Positions 40,799-51,392 of a stretch of 64,000 nt of DNA are shown piece after piece. The stretch is from an uncultured Chloroflexia bacterium (GTDB lineage: Bacteria; Chloroflexota; Limnocylindria; Limnocylindrales; CSP1-4). Every line of letters starts with the position of its first letter. The stretch's first letter is position 1. The stretch spans positions 2,720,001 to 2,784,000 of the forward strand of contig CAWHDR010000001.1 of the NCBI GenBank assembly GCA_963828165.1. Direction: 5' to 3'. The notes beneath the pieces were generated by a model. That model was given only the letters and a program-made list of their open reading frames with translations, ran no database searches and was not told the origin of the DNA. The position numbers and the translations under genes are program-made.

Positions 40799-40802
40799 CG
40801 CG

Positions 40803-41924
40803 GTGACCGAGCCTCGGCGAGCCCCGACCGAGGCGACCAGCGACGCCGTTCGCGTCGCCGTCGATGCCATGGGCGGTGACCACGGCCCGACCGAGGTCGT
40901 GCCGGGCGCCCTGGCGTTCGCCCGGGGCCACCCGCGCGACACCGTCATCCTGGTCGGGGACGAGGCCGTCGTCCGCGGTATCGCCGGGGATCTGCCCGCG
41001 AACGTCCGGATCGTGCATGCGAGCCAGGTCATCGGGATGGACGAGCACCCGGCCATGGCGCTCCGCGAGAAGAAGGACTCGACGATCCTCGTCGCCACCG
41101 ACCTCGTCAAGCGTGGCGAGGCCGATGCCGTCGTGACCGCCGGTCACACGGGCGCCGGCATGGCAGCGGCGGTCCTGCGGCTGGGTCGCCTGCCCGGTGT
41201 CGACCGGCCCGCCCTGGCGGTCCAGATGATCACCGATTCGGGACCGATGGTCCTGCTCGACATCGGCGCGAACCCCGACTCCACGCCCGAGAACCTGGCC
41301 CAGTTCGCCCACATGGGCGCGATCTTCGCCGAGCGTGTGCTCGGCGTGACTCGGCCGCGAGTGGCCCTGCTGTCCATCGGGGAGGAGAAGGGCAAGGGCG
41401 ACGCCCGCATCCAGCGCGCCACGGAGCTGCTGGACGCCACCGACCTCCGCTTCGAGGGCAACGTCGAGGGCAAGGACCTGACCCGCCACCCCGCCGATGT
41501 CGTCGTGTGCGACGCCGTGCTCGGCAACGTGGTCATCAAGTTCTTCGAGGGACTGTCCGGGTTCATCTTCGACCTGTGGCGGACGGAGTTCGAAGGATCG
41601 TGGCGCGGCCGTCTCGGCTACCTGCTGATGCGGCCGAGCGTCGCCCGGATCCGGACCGTCTTCGACTACGAGAAGGTCGGCGGCTCGCCGTTGCTCGGCG
41701 TCAAGGGGACCGCGATCATCACGCACGGGCGCGCCAGGCGCCGGATGATCGGCTACGCCTGCGAGGTGGCGGCGACGACGGCCCGGACGCGGGTCCCGGA
41801 GCTCATCGCCGAGGCCCTCGCCGCCGACCGGGCGTCGCTCGCCGCCGAGGCCCCCGCAGCCGAGACGGATCCCGAGGTCCAGGCACCGGGCGACCCCAGC
41901 TCCAGGGAAGAGGTGGCCACGTGA
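40803..41924 (+). CDS. plsX: Phosphate acyltransferase
   Basis: AVDAMGGDHGP, AGHTGA, RPAL, LDIGAN, GEEKGKG, GNVEG, LLGV..HG. Confidence 0.96.
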   Translation: MTEPRRAPTEATSDAVRVAVDAMGGDHGPTEVVPGALAFARGHPRDTVILVGDEAVVRGIAGDLPANVRIVHASQVIGMDEHPAMALREKKDSTILVATDLVKRGEADAVVTAGHTGAGMAAAVLRLGRLPGVDRPALAVQMITDSGPMVLLDIGANPDSTPENLAQFAHMGAIFAERVLGVTRPRVALLSIGEEKGKGDARIQRATELLDATDLRFEGNVEGKDLTRHPADVVVCDAVLGNVVIKFFEGLSGFIFDLWRTEFEGSWRGRLGYLLMRPSVARIRTVFDYEKVGGSPLLGVKGTAIITHGRARRRMIGYACEVAATTARTRVPELIAEALAADRASLAAEAPAAETDPEVQAPGDPSSREEVAT

Positions 41925-42235
41925 GCGGTCCGGAACTCACGGTCGGGCAGGGCGTCATCGCGGAGCTCGTCCGGCTCGCCGCCTTCGAGGTCCCGGGCGT
42001 CGCCCGGGTGGGCCATGGCGGACCGTTGTGGCGGAGATGGCTCGCCGGTCCGGCGGTCCGCGTTCGGGTCCGCGACGACCGGGTCGTGGTCCGCCTGCGC
42101 ATCGTCGCGCGGCCCGGGCAGGCCCTCGCACCGTTGACGGCGCAGGTCGGGTCCGCCGTCGCCGCGACCGTCGAGCGGTTGCTCGGACTGGACCTCGGGG
42201 CAGTGACGGTCGTCGTCGATGGTGTCGGAGGCTGA
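41921..42235 (+). CDS. Asp23/Gls24 family protein (YqhY-like)
   Basis: [32 protein letters not shown]; precedes nusB. Confidence 0.82.
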   Translation: MSGPELTVGQGVIAELVRLAAFEVPGVARVGHGGPLWRRWLAGPAVRVRVRDDRVVVRLRIVARPGQALAPLTAQVGSAVAATVERLLGLDLGAVTVVVDGVGG

Positions 42236-42719
42236 TCGCCAGCGCGGACGACGGACGGGACGTCGACTGGCGCTGGCCGCGATCTTCGAAGCCGACTTCG
42301 GCCAGCGCACGGCCGACGCCATCCTCGAGCGCCACCTCGCGGAGTCCGAGCGTGACGAGACCGCCGCGGCCCTGGCCCGCGAGCTGGTCGAAGCCGTCGT
42401 CGCCCACCGGGATGCGATCGACGCCCAGATCGGGCGCGTGGCGCCGCAGTACCCCGTCACCGGTCTCGCCAAGATGGACCGCGCCCTGCTCCGAACGGCC
42501 CTCGGTGAGGTGCTACACTCCGCCACGCCGGCCCGGGTGGCCATCGCCGAGTGGGTCGAGCTGGCACGCACCTACAGCGGAGAGCCGATGCGGCGCCTGA
42601 TGAATGGCGTTCTCGGAACCATCTCCCCCGCACCCAGCTCCGAGGAGGGAGTCAGTGGCCACAACGTACGACCGGCTCAAGAAGATCGTCGTCGAGCAGC
42701 TCGGCGCCGACGAGGATGA
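42219..42719 (+). CDS. nusB: Transcription antitermination factor NusB
   Basis: [36 protein letters not shown]; 3' end overlaps acpP. Confidence 0.9.
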   Translation: MVSEADRQRGRRTGRRLALAAIFEADFGQRTADAILERHLAESERDETAAALARELVEAVVAHRDAIDAQIGRVAPQYPVTGLAKMDRALLRTALGEVLHSATPARVAIAEWVELARTYSGEPMRRLMNGVLGTISPAPSSEEGVSGHNVRPAQEDRRRAARRRRG

Positions 42720-42891
42720 GGTCAAGCCGGAGGCGTCGTTCGTCGACGACCTCAACGCGGACTCGCTCGACCTGGTCGAGCTCATCATGAGCCTGGAAGA
42801 AGAGTTCGGGACCGAGATCTCGGACGAGGACGCCGAGAAGATCCGGACCGTCCAGGACGCCGTCGACTACATCGACGAGAAGTCCACCTAG
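42655..42891 (+). CDS. acpP: Acyl carrier protein
   Basis: [28 protein letters not shown]; GAGGAGG before GTG 42655. Confidence 0.97.
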   Translation: MATTYDRLKKIVVEQLGADEDEVKPEASFVDDLNADSLDLVELIMSLEEEFGTEISDEDAEKIRTVQDAVDYIDEKST

Positions 42892-42943
42892 CCCGCGTCG
42901 GCCACGCCGGAGGTGCGACCGGGACGGGGGCGTCGCGGATCGA

Positions 42944-43645
42944 TTGGGTCTCCCCGTCCGGGACCTCGACCTGCTGGAACAGGCTCTCGTCCACTCGAGT
43001 TGGCTGCACGAACACCCGGAAGCGGCCCGCGGCCACAACGAACGCCTCGAGTTCCTCGGCGACGTCGTGGTGAACCTGACGATCTCCGAGGCGCTCTACA
43101 CCCGGCATCCCGAGGACGACGAGGGCGCGCTGTCTGCCCGACGAGCCGCCATCGTCTCCACGACCGGCCTCGCGCGCCTCGCCGGCCGCATCGGTCTCGG
43201 TGCGGACGTCATGCTCGGTGAGGGAGAATCGCAGCGAAGCGCCCGTCGACGACCGTCCCTGCTCGCCTCCTCGTTCGAAGCCCTGACCGGGGCCCTGTAC
43301 CTGGACCTCGGATATGACCTCGTGCGGGACTGGCTGATCGACCTGGCCTCACCCGAGCTGGAGTTGGAGGCACCGATCACGAGCCTCAAGAGCCCGAAGA
43401 GTCGGTTGCAGGAATACACGCAACGGCGAACCGGCGCGCGGCCGGACTATCGCCTGCTGGGCGCCACGGGGCCCGATCACGAAAAGTCGTTCCGGATCCA
43501 GGTCTGGGTCGATGGTGAGCTGCTCGGCACCGGCGAAGGCGCCTCCCGGCGGATCGCGGAGACCGCCGCCGCCGCCGAGGCGATCGAGCGCATCCGCACG
43601 CTGCGCGAGCTCGACCGTGTGCGAGATGAACCGGTGAAGGCATGA
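42944..43645 (+). CDS. rnc: Ribonuclease III; true start may be GTG 42913 with an extra base after it
   Basis: ALVHSS, NERLEFLGD, FEALTGALYLD, dsRBD KSRLQEY..GPDH..G.G.SRR.AE..AA. Confidence 0.95.
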   Translation: MGLPVRDLDLLEQALVHSSWLHEHPEAARGHNERLEFLGDVVVNLTISEALYTRHPEDDEGALSARRAAIVSTTGLARLAGRIGLGADVMLGEGESQRSARRRPSLLASSFEALTGALYLDLGYDLVRDWLIDLASPELELEAPITSLKSPKSRLQEYTQRRTGARPDYRLLGATGPDHEKSFRIQVWVDGELLGTGEGASRRIAETAAAAEAIERIRTLRELDRVRDEPVKA

Positions 43646-46600
43646 CCGACGGCGTCGAGGCGCGTCCGACGGCCGGCGCCCCGCCGACGCGGGCGTCGTG
43701 GGCGGGACCCGCCGGACCGCGTCTGCTCGCGCTCCGTCTCCAGGGATTCAAGTCGTTCGCGGAGCGAACGAACGTCGAGTTCGGTGGCGGGATCAGCGCG
43801 GTCGTCGGGCCGAACGGGTCGGGCAAGAGCAATCTGGCCGACGCGCTCCGCTGGGCACTCGGGGAGCAAGGGCGCGCCCTCCGATCCCGCAAGGCGGAAG
43901 ACGTCATCTGGGCCGGGTCGGAGAAGCGCTCCGCTCAGGGCATGGCCGACGTCACGCTGGTCCTCGACAACAGCGATGGGCTCCTGCCGGTCGAGTTCCA
44001 GGTCCTCGAGCTCGGACGCCGGCTCTTTCGGAGCGGCGAGAACGAGTACCTGCTCAACAAGCAGCGCATCCGCCTGCGCGACCTCGTCGATCTCCTGGAC
44101 GGCGCGCACCTGGCCGACAACGCGTTCCTGTTCATCGGCCAGGGCATGGTCGACCAGGCGCTGGCCTTGCGGCCCGAGGAACGACGTCCGCTGTTCGAGG
44201 AAGTGGCCGGCGTTCGACGCCACGAGCGCCGGCGGCGGAAGGCCGAAGAGCAGCTGACCGAGTCGGAGGCGAACCTCGCCCGCGTGGAAGACATCCTGGC
44301 CGAGCTCCGCCCGCAGGCCCGTCGACTCGCGGCACAGGCCGATCAGCAGGCGACCCGTTCGAGCATCGGGGACGAGCTCGCGACGGCGCTCCTGGCGGCG
44401 ACCCACGCGCGATGGCACGAAGCCGCGACTCGGCTCACGGAGGCGGGCGCACGACACGAACGGGCGCAGTCCGAGGCCGATCGCGCGATGGCGGATCTCG
44501 ATGCCGCGGAGGCCGGCGCTGCCGCGCTCGCCGCGGAGCTGTCCGCGCGGACGGCCCTCGAACGGGAGCGCCGCGAGGCGCACGAGGTGGCGCAGGCGAC
44601 CCTGACCGGGTTGCAGCTACGAGACGGACGTCTGGCGGCGGATCTCGAGGCGATCGAACGGGATCGTGCGCGGCTGTCGGACGAGCGTTCCGCCGCGGAC
44701 GCGGAAGCCGCCGTCCAGCGGCGGGCGATGGCGACGCCGGTGCCGGCCCGTGATCTCGATCTCGAAGCGGCCGTCACCGAGGCCGATCGAGAGCTGGCCG
44801 AGGCGCTGGCCGAACTGGCCGCCCTGCGCACCGCGTCGCAGGCACAAGGGGAGCAGCTCGCCGCCCTGCGTCGGGCGGAAGCCGCACGGCAGGCGGAGAC
44901 CGAGACGGCCCGGCGGCGCCTGGCGGAGGCGGAACGTCGGGCGGCAGAGGAGACAGCGGCCGCGGCGGCCGTCGAGGCCCGTCGTGCTGAGGTCACCCAG
45001 CGGCACGAGACGGCCAAGAAGTCCCTGGAACAGGCGCTGACCGCCGAGTCGACGGCCCTCGCGAGCCGCGAGGCGGCCAGGTCGGCGCTTGAGACGGCGG
45101 AGGCGGAACGGGCCGCGACGGCCGACCGGGCCGCCACGGCTTCCGCAGGGGTCGCGGGGCTGCGCGGTCGAGCGGAGGCCCTGGCGGACCACCTGGCTGA
45201 AGAGGAGCGTCGCCCGATCGCACGGGCGGCCCGCAAGGCCGGCGGCCGGCGGCTGGATGAGGACCTCGCCGTGGATCCGGGTCTGCGGGCGGCCGTGGAG
45301 GCCGTCCTTGCCGACCGCGCGCGGGCCTACCTGGTCGGGACCGACAAGGTCACGGACCTCGCGGCCGAGCGCGGCCGCTTGCTCGTCGAGGAACGGCTCT
45401 CGGGCGACGTGCCGATCACGGACGCGCCGACCCGCCGCTGCCTGGACGCCGTTGCCGAGGCCGGTGGCGGCCGGTTGGTCGAGGCGGTCCGGCGAGATGC
45501 CTCCGGTGGCGTGCGGCGGCTGCTCGCGCGCGCCGTCTGGCTGCCCGATCTCCCGGCATGCCTTGCCATCCAGGCATCGCTGCCCGCGGGTTGGGTGGCG
45601 GTCGCCCGAGACGGTTCGGCCGTCGTCGACGACACCGGCGTCACGCTCGGGGCCGCAGATTCCGTGCTGGAACGGCGGGCGGAACACGCTCGGCTGAACG
45701 CCGACCTGGAACGCGCCGAGGTGGAGCTCGCCGAGCTGCAACGCGCGGTCACGACCAGCGGCGCGGCGGCGACGCAGGCGCGGATCGCGCTGGATGGCGC
45801 TCGTGCTCACGAGGCCAGCATGACCGCGGACCGCCGTCGAGCCGAGGAGGCGGAACGGGCCGTCGCCCGAGAATCGGAGGCGGTCGCCCGGGAGGTGGCC
45901 TGGCACGAGGCGCAGCGCACGCGCCTGGACGGCGAGCTCGCGCGTCTCCGCGAGGCGGTCGATGGCATGACCGTGACCGCGCCCCCGGCGACGCCCGACA
46001 CGGATCGCGAGAGGCCAGCGACCGACGACGCCAGCGCCGGTCTCGCCGCCTGGGAGGCCCGCTCCGCCGATCTGCGCGAGCGTCGCGACCGGCTGGCGGC
46101 GCGCCTCACGACCCACGATGCGGCGCGTCTCGATGCGGAGCATCGGCGAGCCCGCGCCGAGGCTGCCGCGACCATGACCGAGGAGCGGATCGCGCGAGCG
46201 GAGCGTGAGATCGCCGCGCTCGCGGAGCACGAGGCCCGGCTGACCGCGGAGCGCGACGCCCTTCGCGGCGAAGTCGCCACCGCCACGGCGCTCGAATCGA
46301 GCGCTCGCGAGGCCCTCATGGTGCTCCGGGCGGCCGACGACGCGGATCGGACCCGCCTGTCCGAAGCCGAGCGAGCGGCATCCGGTGCGCGCGAGCATCT
46401 CCGCTCCGCCGACGATCGACTTCGGGCGGCGGACCACGCCGAGCTCGAGGCACGGCTGGGACTCGACTCGCTGCGCGAAAGCGTGCTCGTGGAGCTCGCC
46501 GGGATGGGCGGGCTCGGGCTCGCGAGTCTCGGTGTGAAGAGCACCGCGGTCAGCCCGGATGCCCGCGCGGGGAGCGACGACGGCCGCGCGGTGTCCGATG

Positions 46601-47413
46601 GACTCGACTCGTCGGAGGAAGGAACGGACGGCGACGGGTTCGCCGAAGACACCGCCGTCCTCGAGCGCGCCCTGGCCGCTGTCGCGGGGCGGTGGGCCGA
46701 CGAGCCGCCGACGGTCGCGCCGCCGTCGCCGGGGCGGCTCGCGCAACTGCGCCGGCGCTACCACGAGCTCGGGGCGGCCAATCCGTACGCCGTCGATGAG
46801 TACGCTGAGCTCAAGACGCGGCTGGACACCCTCGAGGCACAGGACTTCGGACCTCCAGTCGGCGATCGGCAAGACCCGCGAACTCATCGCCGAGCTCGAC
46901 ACGATGATCGCCGACCAGTTCCGGACCACGTTCCAAGCCCTCGAGACCGCGTTCGAGCGACGCTTCGAGCAGCTCTTCGGCGGCGGCTTCGCGCGACTTT
47001 CCCTGACGGACCCGTCCGACCTGGGATCGACCGGCGTCGAGATCGTGGCGCGGCCGCCTGGCAAGAAGGCCCAGGCGCTGGCGATGCTGTCGGGTGGAGA
47101 GCGCGCCCTCACCGCGGTCGCCCTGCTGTTCGCGATGCTCGAGGTTCGGCCCGTGCCGTTCTGCGTGCTCGACGAGGTCGATGCGGCGCTGGACGAGGCG
47201 AACATCGACCGGTTCGCCGATGCGCTCCGGAGCCTCGCGCACCAGACCCAGTTCATCGTGATCACCCACAACCGCGGGACGATCGAGGCCGCCGACGCCC
47301 TCTACGGGGTGACCGTCGGGGACGACTCGGTGTCGCGGGTCATCAGCCTGCGACTCGAGGAGGCGCAGGCCCTCGCGGCTGAGCGCGCCCACGAGCTCAG
47401 CGTGGCGGGCTGA
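43642..47413 (+). CDS. smc: Chromosome segregation protein SMC; extra base near 46846
   Basis: GFKSFA, GPNGSGKSN, GQG, long coiled coils; LSGGE, LDEVDAALD, ITH in second frame. Confidence 0.95.
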
Positions 47414-48537
47414 TGGCCTTCTGGCGTCGAGGACGCGAACAGCCGCCGGTCGAGCCAGAGGAGCCAGCCGAGTCCGAGCTGGTCGAGCTGCCCGCGTCCG
47501 CACCGCCCGCCCCATCGCCGCCCGCCCCATCGCCGCCCGAAAAGTTCGAAATCGAACCACCTGATAGCGAGGGCCCCGGGGGAGCGCCAGCCGATCCCCC
47601 GAGGCCCGCCTACGCGCCCTTCGATCCCACCGCGTTCCTCGCCGTCGTCCCGGAGGGCTCCCTCGAGACCGGCCTCGAGAAGACCCGCACCGGCCTCGTG
47701 ACCCAGCTCCGTGGCTTCCTCGGGAACGCCGATGGCCCCCAGTGGGACGAGGTCGAGGAAACGCTCATCGCCGGCGACGTCGGTGCCGCGCTGTCGATCG
47801 ATCTGGTCGAGCGCGCCCGAAAGCGTCGCGAGCCAGGCGGGCCGGAGGCCGCGATCCGTGCCGAGCTGGCAGCCCTGCTGGTCGAACGCGACGTCGACTG
47901 GCAACCCAGGTCCGCGGTCGAGGGCGGACCCGCGGTCGTGCTCGTCGTCGGCGTGAACGGCACCGGCAAGACGACGACGATCGGCAAGCTCGCTGCCCGC
48001 TACGCCGGAAGCGGACGGAGCGTCATCCTGGCCGCAGCCGACACGTTTCGTGCCGCCGCCATCGATCAGCTCCGAATCTGGGCCGACCGAGCCGAGGTGC
48101 CCATGATCGCGCACGCACCAGGCGCCGACCCTGGCGCGGTCGTGTACGACGCGCTCGATGCGGCCGTCGCGAGGGGCGCGGATCTCGTCATCGCCGACAC
48201 GGCGGGTCGCCTGCACACCAAGTCGAACCTCATGGACGAGCTGACGAAAGTGCGTCGGATCATCGACAAGCGCCTGCCCGGCGCCGCGCCCGAAACCCTG
48301 TTCGTGCTCGATGCGACGACCGGCCAGAACGGCCTCGCCCAGGCCGATGCCTTCCACGAGGCCGTCGGGCTGACCGGGATCGTCCTGACCAAGCTCGATT
48401 CGACCGCTAAAGGCGGCATCGTCTTCGCCATCGAGCACGCGCTCGGCGTCCCGGTTCGCTTCGTCGGGGTGGGGGAGGGCGCCGGTGACCTGCTCCCGTT
48501 CGACCCGGACGCCTTCGTGGACGCGCTCTTCGCCTGA
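47413..48537 (+). CDS. ftsY: SRP receptor FtsY
   Basis: GVNGTGKTTTIGKLA, DTFRAAA, DTAGRLH, TKLDSTAKGG. Confidence 0.97.
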   Translation: MAFWRRGREQPPVEPEEPAESELVELPASAPPAPSPPAPSPPEKFEIEPPDSEGPGGAPADPPRPAYAPFDPTAFLAVVPEGSLETGLEKTRTGLVTQLRGFLGNADGPQWDEVEETLIAGDVGAALSIDLVERARKRREPGGPEAAIRAELAALLVERDVDWQPRSAVEGGPAVVLVVGVNGTGKTTTIGKLAARYAGSGRSVILAAADTFRAAAIDQLRIWADRAEVPMIAHAPGADPGAVVYDALDAAVARGADLVIADTAGRLHTKSNLMDELTKVRRIIDKRLPGAAPETLFVLDATTGQNGLAQADAFHEAVGLTGIVLTKLDSTAKGGIVFAIEHALGVPVRFVGVGEGAGDLLPFDPDAFVDALFA

Positions 48538-48563
48538 CCCCGTCGAGTCGAGGGCTGACGGGA

Positions 48564-49875
48564 TCAGGCGCCGACCGGCTGATCGCGTTCCGCATCGAGG
48601 GCGATCTGGGCGGCCGATCGATGATCGGTCACGGGCAGCTCGATCAGGCTGCGGACCGGCGACCAGTACAGGATCGCGCCGGCCAGGAGCCCGCCCAACG
48701 GGGCGAGGAACGAGGTGGCGCGCAGCCCGATGACCTCCGCCAGCAGGCCGGCGCCGATGGTCGCCACGAGCTGGGCTCCCGCCGACAGGACCTGGAACGT
48801 CGAGGCGACGCGGCCCAGCTCCCGGTCCGCCACGAGTGCCTGGCGCACGGACGTCTCGGTGACGTCGTAGACCGTGATCGCGGAATCGGCGATGAGCTGC
48901 TGGGCGGCCAGGCACGCGACGGCGAGCAGCGGCAGGCCGGCAGGTGCCAGCGGGATGAACAGGTTCCCGAGCGCCGCCAGCAGCATGGCGGCGATGGCCA
49001 CAGGCCCGATCCCCCAACGACGCGTCGAGCGCGTGGCGACGATCGCCCCGATGAACGACGACGCGCCGCCCACCCCGGCGATGATTCCCACGAGCGCGGG
49101 GCCGACGCCGAGCTCGTCGATCGCGAACAGGAACCACGTCGCCCCGAAGATGCCCCACAACATCGACATCAGCATCTGGGCGCCCGCGAATGCCCGAAGC
49201 ACCGGGTTGTGGCGGACCAGCCGGAGCCCGTGGCGGATCTCGTCGAGCACGGGCTCCCGGTCCTCGTGCGGTGGTGGCGGCGCCTCCACGTGCCGGACGG
49301 TCAAGAGCAGCACCGCCGACACCAGGTAGGTCACCGCGTTGATGACGATCGTGATCGGCCCGGTGAGCAGCTGGACGAGGATGCCGCTGATGCCGAAGCC
49401 CGCGAACTCGGCCACGGAACCGCTCGCCGCGAGCGCACTGTTGGCCTCGAGCAGGCGCTCCCGCTCGACGATCGTCGGCAGATAGGCGTTATCCGCGGCG
49501 TCGAAGAACGTCGTGAGCACCGCGGTGAGTGCCGCGACGACCAGCAGCTGCCACAGCGCGAGCGTGCCGAGCATGAACGAGATCGGGATCAGGCTCAGCA
49601 GCGCCGCTCGCCCCAGGTCCGCCCAGATGAGGACCGGCCGCCGCCGCAGACGGTCGACCCAGGCACCGGCCACGAGCCCGACGACGAGCGCCACCGCCAA
49701 GATCCATGCCACGCAGGACCGCGACCTCGATCGGCCCGGCATCAAGGGTCAGGATCGCGACGAGCGGCAGCGCGATGCGCGTGATGAGGGAGCCGAAGAT
49801 CGAGATGCTCGCGGCCGTCCACACGCGGACGAAGGCGTTGTTGCTCCAGAGCGGGGACGAGAAGGGATTGCGCAC
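48564..49875 (-). CDS. MFS transporter; extra base near 49697
   Basis: FVRVW..S.FGS.IT..ALPLVA in one frame; GAWVDRLRRR, LPTIV..L..AN, RQ..LGRV in the next. Confidence 0.88.
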
Positions 49876-50038
49876 GAACGCGGAGCCTACATCGGCGTCC
49901 GTTGCCCGGCGCGTTCCGGCGGACCCTGCGCTACACTCCGCACGCTCGGTGCGTCAGAACTCGCGCACCACCGGACCGGTCGCGGCACCGCCACGACTCG
50001 CCCGACCCTCACCAATCCATGGGAGTCCTGATCGGACC

Positions 50039-51373
50039 GTGTTCGATACCCTCAGCGAGCGCCTTCGAGCGACGCTCGGCAACTTGACCGGCCGCGGCCG
50101 CATCAGCGAAGCCGACGTGGAAACCGCCATGCGCGAAGTCCGGCTCGCCCTGCTCGAAGCCGACGTCAACTTCAAGGTCGTCAAGGACTTCGTGGAGCGC
50201 GTCCGCGCGAAGGCCATCGGCGGCGACGTTCTCGAGAGCCTTACCGCCGGTCAGCAGGTCGTCAAGATCGTCCACGACGAGCTCGTCGACCTCCTCGGCG
50301 CCGGCGACCGCGTCTTCCACCTGTCCGGCAACCCCGCGGTCGTCGCGATGGTCGGCCTCCAGGGCTCGGGCAAGACCACGAGCACGGCCAAGCTCGCGCG
50401 TCACATCGTCAAGCAGGGTCGCCGACCGCTGCTCGTGGCCGCGGACCCGTACCGCCCGGCCGCTGCCGATCAGCTCGAGACCCTCGGCAAGCAGCTCGAC
50501 ATCCCGGTCTACCGCGCCCCGCTTGGCACCAGCGTCCCCGACATCGCCCGCGAGGGCGTGGAAGCGGCCAGACGCCAGGTCCGCGATGTCGTGATCCTCG
50601 ACACTGCCGGGCGGCTCAGCATCGACGAGACCCTCATGCAGGAGATCGCGGCAGTGAACGCGGCCGTGAAGCCCATCGAGACACTACTCGTCGTCGACGC
50701 CATGACCGGCCAGGAGGCCGTCGGCGTGGCTCAAGCGTTCGTTGCCGCGGTGCCCGTCACCGGCCTCATCCTGACCAAGATCGATGGCGATGCACGCGGT
50801 GGCGCCGCCCTCAGCATCTCCGCCGTCACCGGGATCCCGGTCAAGTTCCTGGGTACCGGCGAGAAGACCGACGCGCTCGAAGTCTTCCATCCGGACCGGC
50901 TCGCCGGGCGGATCCTCGGGATGGGCGACATCCTGACCCTGGTCGAGCGCGCCCAGGAAAGCTTCGACGTCAACCAGGCCGAGAAGATGGAGGAGAAGCT
51001 CCGCAAGGCCAGCTTCACGCTCGAGGACATGCTCGAGCAGCTCCAGGCGGTCCAGAAGATGGGGCCGATCGGCCAGATCATGGGCATGATCCCGGGCATG
51101 GGCAACATGGCCGGTGAAGCCCAGGCCGCGGTGGACCGCGGCGACCTCAAGCGGACCGAGGCGATCATCCGGGCCATGACCCCGGCCGAGCGCCGCGACC
51201 CGACCGTCCTCAACGCCTCCCGCCGACGCCGCATCGCGGCCGGAGCGGGGACGGCGCTTCCAGAAGTCAACAAGCTCGTCAAGCAGTTCAGCGAGATGCA
51301 GAAGCTCATGAAGCAGCTTTCCGGGGGTGGCAAGCGCGGCGCGCTGGGCGGCCTCATGGGGAATCGGCGCTAG
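50039..51373 (+). CDS. ffh: Signal recognition particle protein Ffh
   Basis: (M)[43 protein letters not shown], Met-rich M domain. Confidence 0.97.
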   Translation: MFDTLSERLRATLGNLTGRGRISEADVETAMREVRLALLEADVNFKVVKDFVERVRAKAIGGDVLESLTAGQQVVKIVHDELVDLLGAGDRVFHLSGNPAVVAMVGLQGSGKTTSTAKLARHIVKQGRRPLLVAADPYRPAAADQLETLGKQLDIPVYRAPLGTSVPDIAREGVEAARRQVRDVVILDTAGRLSIDETLMQEIAAVNAAVKPIETLLVVDAMTGQEAVGVAQAFVAAVPVTGLILTKIDGDARGGAALSISAVTGIPVKFLGTGEKTDALEVFHPDRLAGRILGMGDILTLVERAQESFDVNQAEKMEEKLRKASFTLEDMLEQLQAVQKMGPIGQIMGMIPGMGNMAGEAQAAVDRGDLKRTEAIIRAMTPAERRDPTVLNASRRRRIAAGAGTALPEVNKLVKQFSEMQKLMKQLSGGGKRGALGGLMGNRR

Positions 51374-51392
51374 GCGCCGGGGAGACCACGCG

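Noticed and set aside
47503-47538. 15-nt tandem repeat (PPAPS) in the ftsY N-terminus
   Set aside because: Ordinary slippage in the variable disordered FtsY N-region.
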